Notes: generated by a model not told the origin, from the letters alone. Positions 1-13,280 are shown, counted from the stretch's first letter. The stretch: 64,000 bases of DNA from Epiperipatus broadwayi (GCA_028023455.1 JAQFVV010000002.1:15624001-15688000), one strand, 5' to 3'. Numbers and translations: made by a program.

Positions 1-2182
1 TATACCACCCTGTAACCTCGTCTAGTTATTTCTTGTTATTTTTTTTGTAATCACTTATAGGTCAAATAAAATTATCTTGAAAGAGAATATATATATTTTT
101 CTATATAAAGTTTTATAGCTACAAGTTATTTCTTTTAAATGTTTTAATTTTATAATAATTCATTATAAAATTTAATCTTTTTTTCATAATTGTTATTACT
201 TTTGTCTCTGTTATTATTAACTGTTCTAATAAAATTGTTTTATTTTCTAATTTTTTTATTTTTTTTTTAGGAATTTTTTTTTCATTAACAAATTTACTAA
301 ATTCTAATTTTATATGCATTTCATAATAAATTTTTTAAAACATGTTTTCCAACATGACTATAAATGGCTTATGAAAATCCAAATCATACTTGTCTTCAAA
401 CTTACTTCTTTGTTGATAAAAATTTTGTTAATAACATTTTTTAAATTTTATGACTTTTAAGACTTTCTGGTAAAAAATCCCATGATGCAACAGGTTGGAT
501 TACTTTTTAAAGAATTTTATTTTCATTTAATTTTATTAATTGCAACAATAGGCGTCAGTAATAAGTATGCAAAAAATGAAGGCTTTGGGTAACTGTGTTT
601 ACAGTCTGATACTATCTAAAAATACATACGTATATATTTTTTTCAAATAATTTTTCCTGATTTTAAAAAATGTTCTCTTCCAATGCTTTATTCTATTGAA
701 GAAACTTAAATGTAAATTTAGATCAGAATAAAATCGTAATGAATAAAATAAAACATATTAAGATATTAAAAATAATAACCAATAAGTAAAAATGAAGGAA
801 TATCTTTTAATCAGACAGTTAAAAAAATACAAATAAAAGTAGAAACAAATTCTAACTTTTGAAAAAAGAAAAAATGACATATGGTGCAGCAATGTAAGTA
901 TTGTTGCATAAACTTATAATTATATGAAGTTTATCTTTAAAATACTAGAGGAAAAATAAGTATGCCTTTAAAAAGAAAGATGATGAAATGTCCGATTTAA
1001 CATGGAGAAAGTTTAATTATAATTCAAAACTCATTCCCACTATTTAATAAAAACCATTTTAATCAATGATCTATTTTATTTTTGGAAGTAAACAAGGAAA
1101 TGTTCTAAGATCAATGTATAAAAATCTCCCTGTAAAATTATTTTCACAGCAATACCACTTATGGAGAAATCTTTTTCAAGACAGCTTATCAATCATCAAA
1201 TGCTTCAATTATTAGTTGTAGTAAAAAATAAAAAGACAAAAAATGCAATCAGAACTTGTTCTAGCTTTCTATCTCAAAATCTTATACACAATTCTGCCAA
1301 AAGAAAGAAATATTACATCATTAAAACTATATTTAAAGAAATTTAAGAGAAATGCTCACATGGGCCATTTTCATTCTTCATGTTTGATTGATTTTAGGAA
1401 AATCATTTGAAGATTCAATTAATGAACAACAGGAGTGAAACTCTCATAAGATTAATTTTAATAATTTTTAATCTATACTATGGCAAAATCATTTATTTTT
1501 ATATATAGATATAAAATGTATTAAGTGGATGAATCAATATTAAAATAATAATAATAATAATAAGCTTATGGTAAGTTACTTGTGGGTCATATGATATAAA
1601 AGCATCTTCAGTAAGAGATGGAACATTTATTTGTTCTATTTAATTAAACAAAATAATTTTTACTTTATGTTATTTAAATTAGAGTTAATAGTAGATGCCA
1701 CTATTGTTATAAATTGGAAAGGCTATATAAAAATCTTGTATATGCATTTATTTAAGATGCGCCAAAATAATATTTAAATTTTATGTAAAAAATAATAAAA
1801 ATATTACAAATTAATGAATTACAAATTATCATTCACTATTCTTTCTTGTTTCTTTTTTTTTTTTTAAAAAAAAACAACAAACAATTAAATGTTGTGCTTC
1901 TTCATTAGCAATTTACCTTCAAATTTAAAACCATTATTAAATTTCATTAGAAAAAATAATAGATGATTTTTTTATATAAATTCCTAATAACTGACAATGA
2001 ATATTTGGCATGTTTATAAATAAAAAAATGCTTCTATTTTATTAATGTTACATTTTTAGCTTTTGTTTTTTATGATTAATGTTTAAAATTTGTTTGAAAT
2101 AGAATATTTTCAGCAACCAAAAGTTTATTTTATCAGAAGTATGTTCTCTTATTCTTCTCTTTTACTTTCTTTGCATATCTTT

Positions 2183-2438
2183 GTATATATATATATTGCT
2201 TATAATACTTCTTTTATATACACTTCAATGCAAACAAATTTTCTTAAAAAACTTCTTTATTTTCCTTACAGTTTCAACCATCCAGCAGTCTTCATCAGAG
2301 CTTTATGAGGAGATTAGACAAAGCTCTGGTGAAGACTGCTGGACAGTCGAAACTCTAAGGAAAAAAAGAAGTTTTTTAAGAAAATTTGTTTGCATTGAAG
2401 TGTATATGAAAGAACTATTATAAGCAATATATATATAC
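2183..2438. repeat. Long hairpin/inverted repeat (family B1) with an HHR-like core near the inner end of each arm
   Basis: Arms ~2183-2304 and ~2320-2438 are near-perfect reverse complements. Minus arm: CUGAUGA-A-GACUG-CUGGA-UGGUU-GAAA-CU-GUA; plus arm: CUGGUGA-A-GACUG-CUGGA-CAGUC-GAAAC. Confidence 0.85.
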
Positions 2439-3024
2439 ATTTATTTTAATCTAAAAAAATGTATATTAAAATTTTATTTGCACTGTTTTTTATTTTACAA
2501 TTTTTAACTATAAAATAAAAGGTCTTTTGCTTTCGGGTGACTACTATTTCTTATCCTAAGTTTTAATAATATCTTTGCATGTAGTATTTTATTTTCAAAT
2601 AATAAGACAATATCTACAATTTGTATACATTTGGAGACTTTTTTACATTCAATCTATTAATACAGCATTTTTATTTGAATTTAGAAGATATTAATGTCTT
2701 ATTATATCTATTTAAAAATGCATGAAGATAATTGTGCTCTAATGTGACAATACTAAAATGGCTACCATATTTTTAAATCACTCATTTATTGTTGTAGCCA
2801 AAGTGATCAATAATTTTTGGCTGAATATTGCAACACTGTTAATATTTAGTGAACATTATTACCAATGATTGAGCTTATAGTTTGGTTCTCTAAAATATTA
2901 TAGCTTTTTAACAAAATATTTTCTTTATCAAAAATGTTTGAAAACATACCTTTTAAATATATATTCTTGAAATGTCATCTTTAAATTAGTCATTGACAAT
3001 ACCACTGAACATTAAGAACAAAAG

Positions 3025-3340
3025 TGGCAAACAATGGCTTTGAACATGCCATCATCAGATTTTCAATAATATGGACAACTGAAGAGTTGGAGAGTGAAGA
3101 AGATTGAATCCTGTCCATTAAAGTTTAAAGATTTAATATCTTAATGTAAACGAGCATAGATTATATATATGTGTAAGAGATAATAATCTGGACCAACTGA
3201 TGAATGCTGTTTTAGCATGAAATATGTATATTGAAGAACATTTATTATTTTTCACGTGTATGTGGACATGTGTATTGGTTATATAAGATGGAGTGGATGA
3301 CAAAAGGAAGCTTCAAAGTCTGAGTTCAAATCCCTGCTAA
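3025..3340 (+). mobile_element. Family A HHR-bearing short repeat, copy A1
   Basis: Homologous to 22253-22590 (minus), 46573-46822 and 47918-48153; contains HHR motif 3183-3240 and GAGTTCAAATCC B-box-like motif at 3322-3333. Confidence 0.8.
3183..3240 (+). ncRNA. Type I hammerhead ribozyme motif (family A)
   Basis: ACCAA-CUGAUGA(3197)-AUGCUG-UUU-UAGCAU-GAAA-UAUGU-AUA/UUGAA: core intact, stems II and III pair, stem I only 3 bp. Confidence 0.7.
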
Positions 3341-4029
3341 GTAATTAATATTAGGTAAAAAACATATTAATTATTTATGTAAAGAAACTAATATTATAAA
3401 CAACAATACAATATATACCAGCCTTAAATAATGTATAAAATGTTTTCTTTATTCTTTAGTTATATCATAAAACTAATGCTTTATGTGTTATAAAATTCAC
3501 ATGTGAGTAATTCAGACATTCCAATAGATTGAAATTATTATATTAATTTCATCTTACCCTCCCTCAAATACATGATAATATTAAAGCAAATAAATCATTC
3601 ATGTAAAAGATGGTAAACAAAAAGATTAAGATCCATTACAAAAATAGTTTCATCTGGAATCTATACTGCATTATGAACAAAGTAATCAAACTAGTTACAC
3701 AAGAAATTTATCATAACTAATTATAGTGATATATATTACACAAAAAATCTTAGTAGAATGATGTAAAAATGAATATCTCATTAAAGTTGATATACAAGAT
3801 GAAATAGATTAAACACTAGAAACCTATGTATTTAAAACATCAAATTATGCTTCAATATATGCATCTCTATTAGTTGTCAAGAATTTATATATATTTTAAC
3901 TTGGCTGTTCTAATATTTCTTTAATTTCTCAAAGAAATGAATTTTCTGTTTGGTCCATTGATTGATATAAAATAAACTTAAATCGATTGATATAAAATAA
4001 ACTTAAATCTAAAATTATTCCTGGCTCAC

Positions 4030-5681
4030 CTTGCAATCGAGGGTAAAGAAGCATTCATGCTAGAATACTGGACAATTTCAAGAGAAATATTGTAGATTGA
4101 AAAAATAAATTAAATTGACTATTAGACCATCAAATAAGAAAATATTACTCATGAAAACATGTTATCGCTATGAACATAAATTGGAAATAAGATCACAACA
4201 TGTGGAAAAGTAACTGTACCTGTGAAATTAAATTCTAAGACTAAATTTTTATCACTGTATAACATCAATGAAGATTTTAGGCCATTACTAATGAGAAACC
4301 GGTTTTGTCCTTTGGGAATTTGCTTAAATAATATCAAGATAATACAATTGGAAACAGTAGTTAGGAAAAAGTACCCTTAGTTGTTGAAGGTGGAGCTTAC
4401 AGAGCAATTGGTATGACTGGTTTATAATGAACTAATAAAAGATGCTCACCTAATTATATGCAAGTCATGTAAAATTCCATTCACATTAAAGAAGAAAGCG
4501 GAAAATACTATCAACAGGATGATTCACAAAGGCAAATTAATACCCATAGAAGACTTCCTGAGTTACTCCAATCATAGTTATTATAAAGCTGGATGTAAAT
4601 TTTCACTTGTATGAAGACTATCATGGCATACTAAATAAGTTTGTCAATAAAAAAGCCTGTCCCATTCCTAGCATACATGAATTACTAGCATCATTGCAAA
4701 AATAGATTTAAGGTCCACTTTCCACCAAATCTCCATCATTGGCAGAATTATTAACTCTCACTACACATTTAAGGCTTCACAAATGCTATAAGTTACTGTA
4801 TGGCATTTCAGTCACATCTAATGTTGTCCAAGCTAAATTGGATAATTTACATGTTATGAAAGGTATCATGCCATACTCAAATGGCATATTGATTACTGCA
4901 AAATATGAACATGAACTGGCAATACCCATAAATAAAGTCTGTTCTAAATTAGAACAAATAGAAATGAAACTAAATATTTCTAAAGGTATATGGTCAACAT
5001 TGAAGATAATGTTTTTAGACCACATAATTAATAAAAATGAAAAATATCCCAACCTGGTTTTAAAAAAAGCAATAAAAAATGCTGAGTGACATAAGAAATG
5101 TAAAAGATTTTCAGACATTTTAAAGACATATTGAACTTTTTTAAGAGCTTTCTAAAAGAAAAGTCTCTTGTTTTATCACTTTCATGTTAATAAAAGCACA
5201 ATGAGAATAATGGTCAGAAGAACAAAACATTAGTAACTTGGATGTGATAATGCCAATGTAGGCATTGGAATGTGGAATTGGCACAGTCACTTATCACCAT
5301 TGCTATGGAGAAAAATGTCCTATAGGTTATGCCTTGAGAACATTGTCAGAAGCTGAGAAAAATTACAAAAAAAAAAAAATGACAAAAAAACTTTAGCTAT
5401 AGTCTTCACCATAAATTATGAATGACAATTTCAAATTTGTGCTGATTATCATTTTTTAACCAGAAATTCAGCAATAATAACAGTATTCCAGAATATACAA
5501 ACAACATGCATTATGATGAATAAATATATTAGTGGCATATGATTATAAATTGAAATGTAAGCTTAGAAAGCAGATTGGCCATGTGGTTGCTTTATCACGC
5601 CTGACTTATGCGAATAAAAGTCAAACAAAGCTGGAATCTTGGCCTAAATCACTTTAATCTTGGAAACATCTTCATCTAGAC
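4030..5681 (+). pseudogene. Degenerate Gypsy LTR-retrotransposon pol, 5' part (protease-RT-RNase H-start of integrase)
   Basis: IGYALRTLSEAEKNY at 5322-5366 (Gypsy RNase H IAYASRTLxxAEKNY), VVALSRL at ~5583-5603 (ADALSRL), RT-like ORF 4739-5089, WKHLHLD just before 5682; many stops and frameshifts. Confidence 0.8.
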
Positions 5682-8589
5682 CAGTGGTTACCAAAATTAA
5701 TATGTGCATGGACCCTTCATTATAGAAAAAACCTGACCATGAACACCCAAGTGAAATAATTCAACATAACTGCACAATATAAAAATTACAAAATTAACTT
5801 TGATGTCTTGAATGGCAAATGGTGACATAAAAATAAAATATAAATAAAACATTTTAATATTTAAAGTAGTTTTATTGAAATTATAACTTTTATTTTAAAT
5901 TATAAAAACAATTTTTATCAATGAGGTGGATGAACCTGATGGGTTGATATGAGATTATTTATGTTTGGCTCTATGTTTGTGTGTAACATTTGTAAGTCTC
6001 CATGAACACTAATTTACAATTTGTTTCTTTTTTTCATGATGAGGCTCATAACTGTACTAAATCCATGTTCTATTAAATAGGAAGATGGGAAAGCAATCAG
6101 CAGTTTCTGTACAGTGACCCATAATGCAGGATATAAAATTGGTATCTGTTTGTGTAACCAGAATTTGTAGTATTCTTGTTAAAACATTGGTTTTAACTTC
6201 TTATTTGTGGATAAATTCAATAAGTTGCTCCTGTATTAATATGGATTCATCTGAATTTGTGGATCTACTTGCAAAAGGGTTCAACACCCAATCAGGGATA
6301 ACCAAGTAAAGAATGTCTTCAAATTTTTGGCTGAGGTCAGAATTAAGGGCTGTTAAGTACTGACAATAAGCAAGCAAATCTTCATTTCATTTTTGCAATT
6401 TTGAAAGATTAGAAAACTGAGAGCATTCTCCTCTCCCCAAGTTTTGTTTATATAGCATAAGTTTTGCAATAAATGCAGATATTATACTTTTAATTTTGAT
6501 TTAATTTAATTAATCACCTTGTAGCTTCAAATTAGTTTCATTACATTTGGCAAATAATTCGTCATATAAGCTATGTCATTTTTTGAATTAATTAAATTGA
6601 GATGCAAATCATTGTCTTTGCTTTCCATGAATTCCAACATTGAATCAAAGAATGCATAAAATTGATTAAAACATGCACTTTTAGATAAACAATGAATTTC
6701 CATGTTAAGTAGTAAATGATTATGATTTTCATCATTTTCTATACAAAGATGAGCAAATCATCTTTCATTTAAGGCATTTCTTTTGATTTTATTAACTGCT
6801 CTAATGACATAATGTAGTGAGCCATGCAAGCATTCACTAAGATTTTTAGTGACTAAATGTTGTCAATGAAAGACACAATGTGCAAATAATACATCCAATA
6901 TAGCTTGTTTCAAATATGCCAGAAACCCTCAGTGTCATCCTACCATTGTTGGATCACCATCGGTAGCAATAGGAGAAAATATTATTTAAGGATATAGCTT
7001 TTATATCAGAAATTTTTTTTTAATTCATTAAATATTGTTTCGCCTTTTGTATCAGTTTCAAAACATTTGGCAAATAACAATTCGTGGGAAATTTTTTCTT
7101 CTTTTATAAATCTCACATAGGCTAAAAGTAAAGCCTCATCTCTGGCAAAGTTGATTTGTCTAACTATATAGAGAATTTAGATGCTTTTAAGTACTCACAT
7201 AAAGAATTTTCTACATACTGAGCCATGTCTCCAATCCTTCTTTGTATTGTATTATTGCTCAGCATAATTTTTTTTTATAATATAAAAAGCTGTTTTATGC
7301 AGCATGGTGTGAATTCCCACACTTACAGCTGGTAGAATAAGTTATTCACCAATGGTCTGCAACTTTCTGGACTTTGCAATCATTAAAGAAATGTTGTATA
7401 AGAAGCATACACTCCATCATCATCTCGCTCAGATGTTGTCACTAAGAATTGTCACAATGACAGTGTTTTCAACTATTTTCTTTGGCTATTTTTAAAAAAG
7501 TTAAATCTTTATCTTTTTTGTCACTATGGACTTTTGACAAATATTCCTTTAGCTTAGAAGATTTTATTGATTCATTTGACAATGTTTTATTGCATAGAAA
7601 GCACATAGGTTAAGTACTATTTTCTAGTAATGAAATGATGCCATATTTTAAATATTCAGCACTATATTGTCTGCATTTTTCCTTCATCTGACTCATACCA
7701 TTACCTAGAAAAAAGGCATAAATTTATGAAATAAGAAATTAAACAAACAATTTCTTTGCAAAAACACTATTTATTAATATTTTGTTTTATTTTGAAAATG
7801 AATTGCCACAATGTAACACTCTCATCAATTAATTATTTAAAATATAAGGATGAAATTTCTAATAAGTTTTACAAATTGTATGGGTATGCAATTATTACTA
7901 ATTTTATTATTTATTTTTCAAGAAAAATAAAGAATTTAATTATTATCAAACAAATTAATAAATAAAATGTAATATTGATAAATATTATATAATAAAACTA
8001 ATGTATTAATTAATTTTAACATAAGTATAGCTTTGCGTAAATAAATTTAATATATACAAAAATATCAACTGTATTTAAAATACTTAGGTAACATATGCTA
8101 TCTTCATACCAATACAAAAAATGATACTACTTCTTGATTAAAACTAGGAAAATTTGTTGTATGCAATTCATGTCATGCATAAAACAGAACTAAATTGTTG
8201 ATTAGTGGCTTGCTTTTTTATTGTGCTATATTTAAACAAGTTATTGCATATAGCAGCTGTGAGATTCCATTCCTGTTTGAACTTGCATAGATATACAGAT
8301 AGATGTTTGTGGTTGGCCCAACTCCCATCATCTGATGTTTGTCATTACTTGCATTTTATATACTTATCTATACTTATGTTTTACTCAGGACATAAAATGA
8401 CTACCAATTTATTTATTGCTGTTTGTCTTAACTTTCATAATAATGAAAAAGAATTACTTTATATTAATCCTTTCTTATCCCCCACCCAAGTTGCTGATGC
8501 GCCCCCAAATTTATTTTAATTTATCATGGATCCACTCAGCAGTCACAAGGATCCCCTGGGGTTCATAGAAACCACTTTGGGAACCCTTG
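5682..8589 (-). mobile_element. hAT (Buster group) DNA transposon inserted in the Gypsy integrase
   Basis: Termini CAGTGGTTACCAAA (5682) and reverse complement CAAGGGTTCCCAAA (ending 8589); 8-bp TSD ATCTAGAC/ATCTAGGC with central TA, the Buster nnnTAnnn pattern. Confidence 0.9.
5918..7696 (-). pseudogene. Buster-type hAT transposase pseudogene
   Basis: N-terminus MSQMKEKCRQYSAEYLKYG...PMCFLCNKTLSNES...H (BED-type zinc finger); C-terminus LLIAFPSSYLIEHGFS...GDLQMLHTNIEPNINNLISTHQVHPPH*; disrupted by stops and frameshifts. Confidence 0.85.
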
Positions 8590-8597
8590 ATCTAGGC

Positions 8598-9350
8598 CAT
8601 ACGGGTCCAATGAATGGTTGTAAATTCTTAATACTTGTGGATACATATTCATAGTGGATAAAATATAAAATCATTAAAAACATTAATACACAAAGCAATA
8701 TTATTGCACTAAATCGTGATTATTCTGAGACTATTGTGATGGATAAAACAATTGAATTTTTATCTTAGCAATTCAAGAATTTTCTAACAGAAAAGACAAT
8801 TTATCAGATGCTTATCTCACTGCATTATCACAAATCTAATGGTAGTGCTGGCAAGACAGTTCAGCACTTAAAATGTACATTGAATCCAGAAGCATTATCA
8901 GATATAGTGTTTTTCCAGCTCTTTATTTCATGTACAGCTATGAATAAGACACTATCTCAATTATTAAAGCACAGTAAATTCCATACTGATCTTTCTAAAT
9001 CATTCCCAACTATAAATATAAATGATTCTGTGGATTGTGAAAATTTTAAGGTAGGATAAAGTAGGAGATACTTTTAAAAAACATATGTCTATCATGGGAA
9101 ATATTAAAAATCTTATCTAGAAAGTAAGATTAATAATTGGATAACAGAAAAAGGCTTGAGACATATAAACCATTTACAGCACCATGAAAGTGGGACCATA
9201 GATATAGATAGTATTAGTGTTAAATAAGAAATGATGACAAAAATTTTGGATATAAATCAAGCCACAAATGATCCAACCAGAGATCAAACTATTGAACCAA
9301 TGGGAAGATTGTGTCACTTCAATCATGCTCCAACTAGAAAAGGAGATTAT
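8598..9350 (+). pseudogene. Gypsy integrase core (3' continuation of the interrupted pol)
   Basis: HTGPMNGCKFLILVDTYS*WI, IVMDKTIEFLS*QFKNFL and SLHYHKSNGSAGKTVQHLK (PYHPxSNGxAER-like) in and around ORF 8808-9059. Confidence 0.8.
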
Positions 9351-11240
9351 AATATCACAGGAAGAATGACTTTTTTTCTAGAAGTGTATGGATAGGATTA
9401 GGTGTGTGAATAAGAGCCTTATTTCTATGGTAGGGTGAAGGGGTGGACTGTCTGAGTGTGAATTCTTAATATACATAATGTAAATAACGTTTATTATTTA
9501 ATCATATAAATATATGAACATAATATATGAATAAAATATCCCCTTATTATTATGCTACTCTAAAAAATCTACATATGCCAATCATACATTTAAATATACA
9601 TTAATAATCAATTATGCAACTGAGATATAATTATATAGAATTGGACTCATAATAAGATTTATTGGTGTGTGTGTAAGGAATCGAATAGTTGTATGTATAT
9701 TTCACATTCTAAAAACCAACAGATAGACTTCTTATTCCTGATATAACTGTTAAATTTTAGGTTCATCATTCTCAATGTATATGTATATACTGCAGGCATA
9801 CCACAATTGATGCATGAAGAACTTTTTTCATTAAAGACATAAAGCAATAGATTATAATTATATTATGCATGTGTAGAAATTGACACATCCAAGGAGAAGC
9901 TTATTTATAGACTTTAAAGATTTCTGATGAATTTCTAATTATTATTTATTTTTTATTCTTTTTCTATTTTGTTATTAACATTAAATAAATTTGTTTTCAA
10001 TGATTCAAAATAGGTTTTCCTATCCAGAATTAACTAATGATAAAGTCATATGTTAGTAGCCTCTATTATGGTGCCATCTTTTCATGTGAAAAGAAACCTT
10101 CTGAATAGAATAACTTCATCACCCTCAACTTCTTCAATCTCCATTAACATTCAGCATTTTCTCAATGGTTAAGCATTTTCTCTACTTTTACAATAACCCA
10201 GAAATTATAAGTGCTAGGATGAACATTTTAAATGAAATCTGAGATATAAAATGGCACCAATAATTTGAAATTTTATAAAATTAATAAAATACAATTTATT
10301 TACATTATACAATTAGTTCACACACACAAAGTAAAGCTATTTCAGAATGAAATGATAAAATTAAAAATGCATACAAAAATAAATAAATAAATAAAATAAT
10401 TTGAATACTAATATAAAAAAATACAATAAATGAATTACAATAAATATATATTTATTAATATTTCTGTAGGGTAATTTTTACTACACTCTCACTCAAAGTA
10501 GGAACTGGTTTTTATCTGCTTTTAATGCCTTATGGAGGGATGTAATCCTAAACATATGACCAAAGACATGGAATCAGTCCCTATCTTGCACAGAGTAGTG
10601 TAGTAAAAATTATACTATTGACATAATCCTTATTGGTCAATCTCAAGTCTGACATATTCTTTATTGGTTAATCTCAAGTCTAACAAATGATTAATAAAAA
10701 TTATTAATGTACTTATTAAGGCCTTGTTCCCTAAAGTTTTAAAAGGAAACATCTTACTATAGAAGATAGCTAACATAGCATTATACTAATTATATACTTA
10801 TGGATTTCCATAATGAATTAGTATGAACATATATTGCAATGACTATTATCCTTCCATTAATCCAGTTAATTAGCTGGCAATTTGGACTTTTCTTCTGCAT
10901 TCTTTTCTTAAATATTTAATCACAGACAATGATGGGGTCACATATTCTTCATAGGCATAGCTGAATTATAATTTATCTAGATATTGTGGCATTTATAAAG
11001 AGAGAGCCACATGACACAAATTCATGGTTTGAGCTGATGCATATTTAGGTCAAATTAGTACTATATGTTCTGTAGGGTTGTTTTTTTTTATAAAATAACT
11101 AATCATGAATAGCAAGTCTTTATTTCTTTTAGTCATGATTTATATTTGATTAACATTTCTTTCCCAGTCAGCAATATATATATATATATATATATAGAAT
11201 TAAAAATATAAAAATAAATGATAATGATCTGTTAGCTTCA

Positions 11241-12029
11241 TTGGATGTAACGGAATTGTATGGATCAATTGATTGTCTTGAATCTATAAATTTAATTGAA
11301 ATTGAACTAATTAATATGTCTATAAATAAACATTTAATAAATTTTATTATTGAATCACTAAAATTTATAAGTGATAATATTATTGCAACATATAATGATA
11401 GGTTTTATAAAATGGGTAAAGGATGGCCAATGGGATTACCTATGGTAGCACAAATTTGTAATTTTACATTGTCAAGATATGAAGATATTATATTTAATTC
11501 TTATAATGTTGAAGATTTTAAAATTTATACTAGATATGTTGATGATGTTTTTGTTTATGGTCCTAAAGACATTATTGATATTCTTTTATATAATCAGAAT
11601 AATTTAAACAATTTAAAATGGACTATTGAGAATGAACAAAATGGAAAAATAAAATTTTTGGATTTACAAATATTTAGAGATGCTACTGATTTAAATTATA
11701 AATTAATTTTTAAACATATTGGAGAAAGAGGACATATTCATTTTAAATCACACATTCCAATGATGCATAAAATGGAAAGTCTGAAATCATTTTTGCATCG
11801 CAATGATAAATTATGTAAATATAAGAGTGATAAAATTTTAAATATTGAACTCTTTACTAATGAACTTTTAAAGGTTGGTTATGATAAAAAACAAATTTTG
11901 CATACAGTAAATTCATTTAATAATAAGAAGAATGTTTGCAGTGTTACTTTAGATAATAAAAAATGGATATCTATGCCATTTATAAATAACATGCAATCTA
12001 AATTAATTAAGAATATATTTAAAGTATAA
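11241..12029 (+). pseudogene. Penelope-like reverse transcriptase (partial)
   Basis: SLDVTELYGSI, GWPMGLPMVAQICN, YTRYVDDVFV, IKFLDLQI and HF.SH.P motifs typical of PLE RT; ORF starts mid-domain. Confidence 0.9.
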
Positions 12030-12063
12030 TATTTCATTTTGTGTTCCTCCGAATGTTAATCGA

Positions 12064-12282
12064 TTGATTAATAATTCTAAGAGTATAATTCCTAAATTGC
12101 AAAGAAGTAATATAATTTATCAGATTTCATGTGGATGTCAGAAATTTTACATCGGTGAATCGAGATGTTCTGTGGAAAAAAGATTGAAGGAGCATCAATT
12201 ATTATATAAACGAATTAAAAATAATGTAAATAGTCAATTTAATATGGCTACAGTATTCTTTGACCATGAAAAAAACTTGTAA
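12064..12282 (+). pseudogene. GIY-YIG endonuclease of the Penelope-like element (partial)
   Basis: NIIYQISCGCQKFYIGESRCSVEKRLKEH matches the PLE GIY-YIG pattern. Confidence 0.85.
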
Positions 12283-13280
12283 TTATAAGTTTACATGTAA
12301 TAGTAATGAAATAAAAATATTAATGGAAGAAAGAAATCATAAAAAGAGGAAATTAAAGAGGGCAATATTAATTGATAAATATAAGAATGATGTTATTAAT
12401 AGGTAAGTTGTGAATACGGCCATACACAGCTTATGGAAATATACATAACATTAAGTTTGAAAATTTGAAATTCAGTTAAAACTGAGGATTACCACATAAT
12501 CAAAAGTGCTACAAAAGAATTTAAACTATAATATTGTATTTACCGTAAAAAAAAAAAAAAATTATATTTATATAACTGAACAAAAAAGTTATAGTTTAAA
12601 AAAGGCTTTTCCTGAATCCCACTAGCCATCATTTTTAATTATATAGTTTTCTCTGCTAGCAACTTCTAGACAGAATTTTTTAATCACCCAGTCCAATGAT
12701 AAAGAATGTATGTCCATCATGTTTACCTAATCTTTCAAAGAATTTTTAATATTTTCATTTTTTATTTTAATTAATATTGAATAATAGATTACTAAATTCT
12801 ATTTTCTTAACTTTTTATTTCATTTACTATTGCATAATAAATTTCTAGATTCAGTTTTGTTATCTACAAATCTAATCAAGTTCTTGTTTTTTTAATACAG
12901 TTATATAGTTTAAATTTATCTCAAGCCATTTTTTAAAATTAAAACAATATTGCATGGATCAAATTTATTTCTTTGTATTTATTTTAAGAAATTTTATTCA
13001 TTTCATCTATTTATCTAATCCAATAATGTAATTCTACATGCATGCACATACATACATGCACATTCTAAAATAATACTGTTTAACTGATGAATTCATTCTT
13101 TTATTATATATTTTTATAATAACTTTTAATATCTCACTAAAGGGCATCACTTTGTTGATGTACTGCTAAATGAGTGTCTGCCATCTGTTCACAGTATTAT
13201 CATCCCTCCTCCCTTATTTAAATAAATAAGAGAAAATATATTTTATTTTTCATTCTACCCTTTCTATACTTTACTTTATT

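Larger units (their letters stand above)
11197..12561 (+). mobile_element. 5'-truncated Penelope-like retroelement inserted in a (TA)n tract
   Basis: RT ORF followed by GIY-YIG ORF, ends in an A-run (12547-12561); absent from the paralogous site at ~17803-17820. Confidence 0.9.
10005..13203 (+). repeat. Local duplication, copy 1 (interrupted by a Penelope insertion)
   Basis: Colinear similarity to 16897-18623, e.g. AAATAGGTTTTCC, AGAAATTATAAGTGCTAGG, CACAGACAATG, CTTCTAGA(C/T)AGAATTTT, CTGTTCACAG. Confidence 0.85.

Noticed and set aside
119-2423. Short ORFs at 119-319, 1161-1346, 2090-2308, 2181-2423
   Set aside because: Low-complexity K/I/N/F-rich translations expected in AT-rich DNA; the last two simply overlap the B1 hairpin.
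3028-3064. Antisense CUGAUGA-UGGC...CAAAG motif at the 5' end of family A copy A1
   Set aside because: No GAAA box and the equivalent position in A2 lacks the CUGAUGA; cannot support a second ribozyme.
10800-11000. Possible decayed coding sequence on the minus strand of the duplicated segment (YEEYVTPSLSVIKYLRK; YKEYEPATLSVIEYLKK in copy 2)
   Set aside because: Multiple stops in both copies and no recognisable family motif.
13084-13100. Isolated CTGATGA heptamers (also ~9924, 27260, 56455, 59522, 62724)
   Set aside because: No stem II followed by GAAA; expected by chance.
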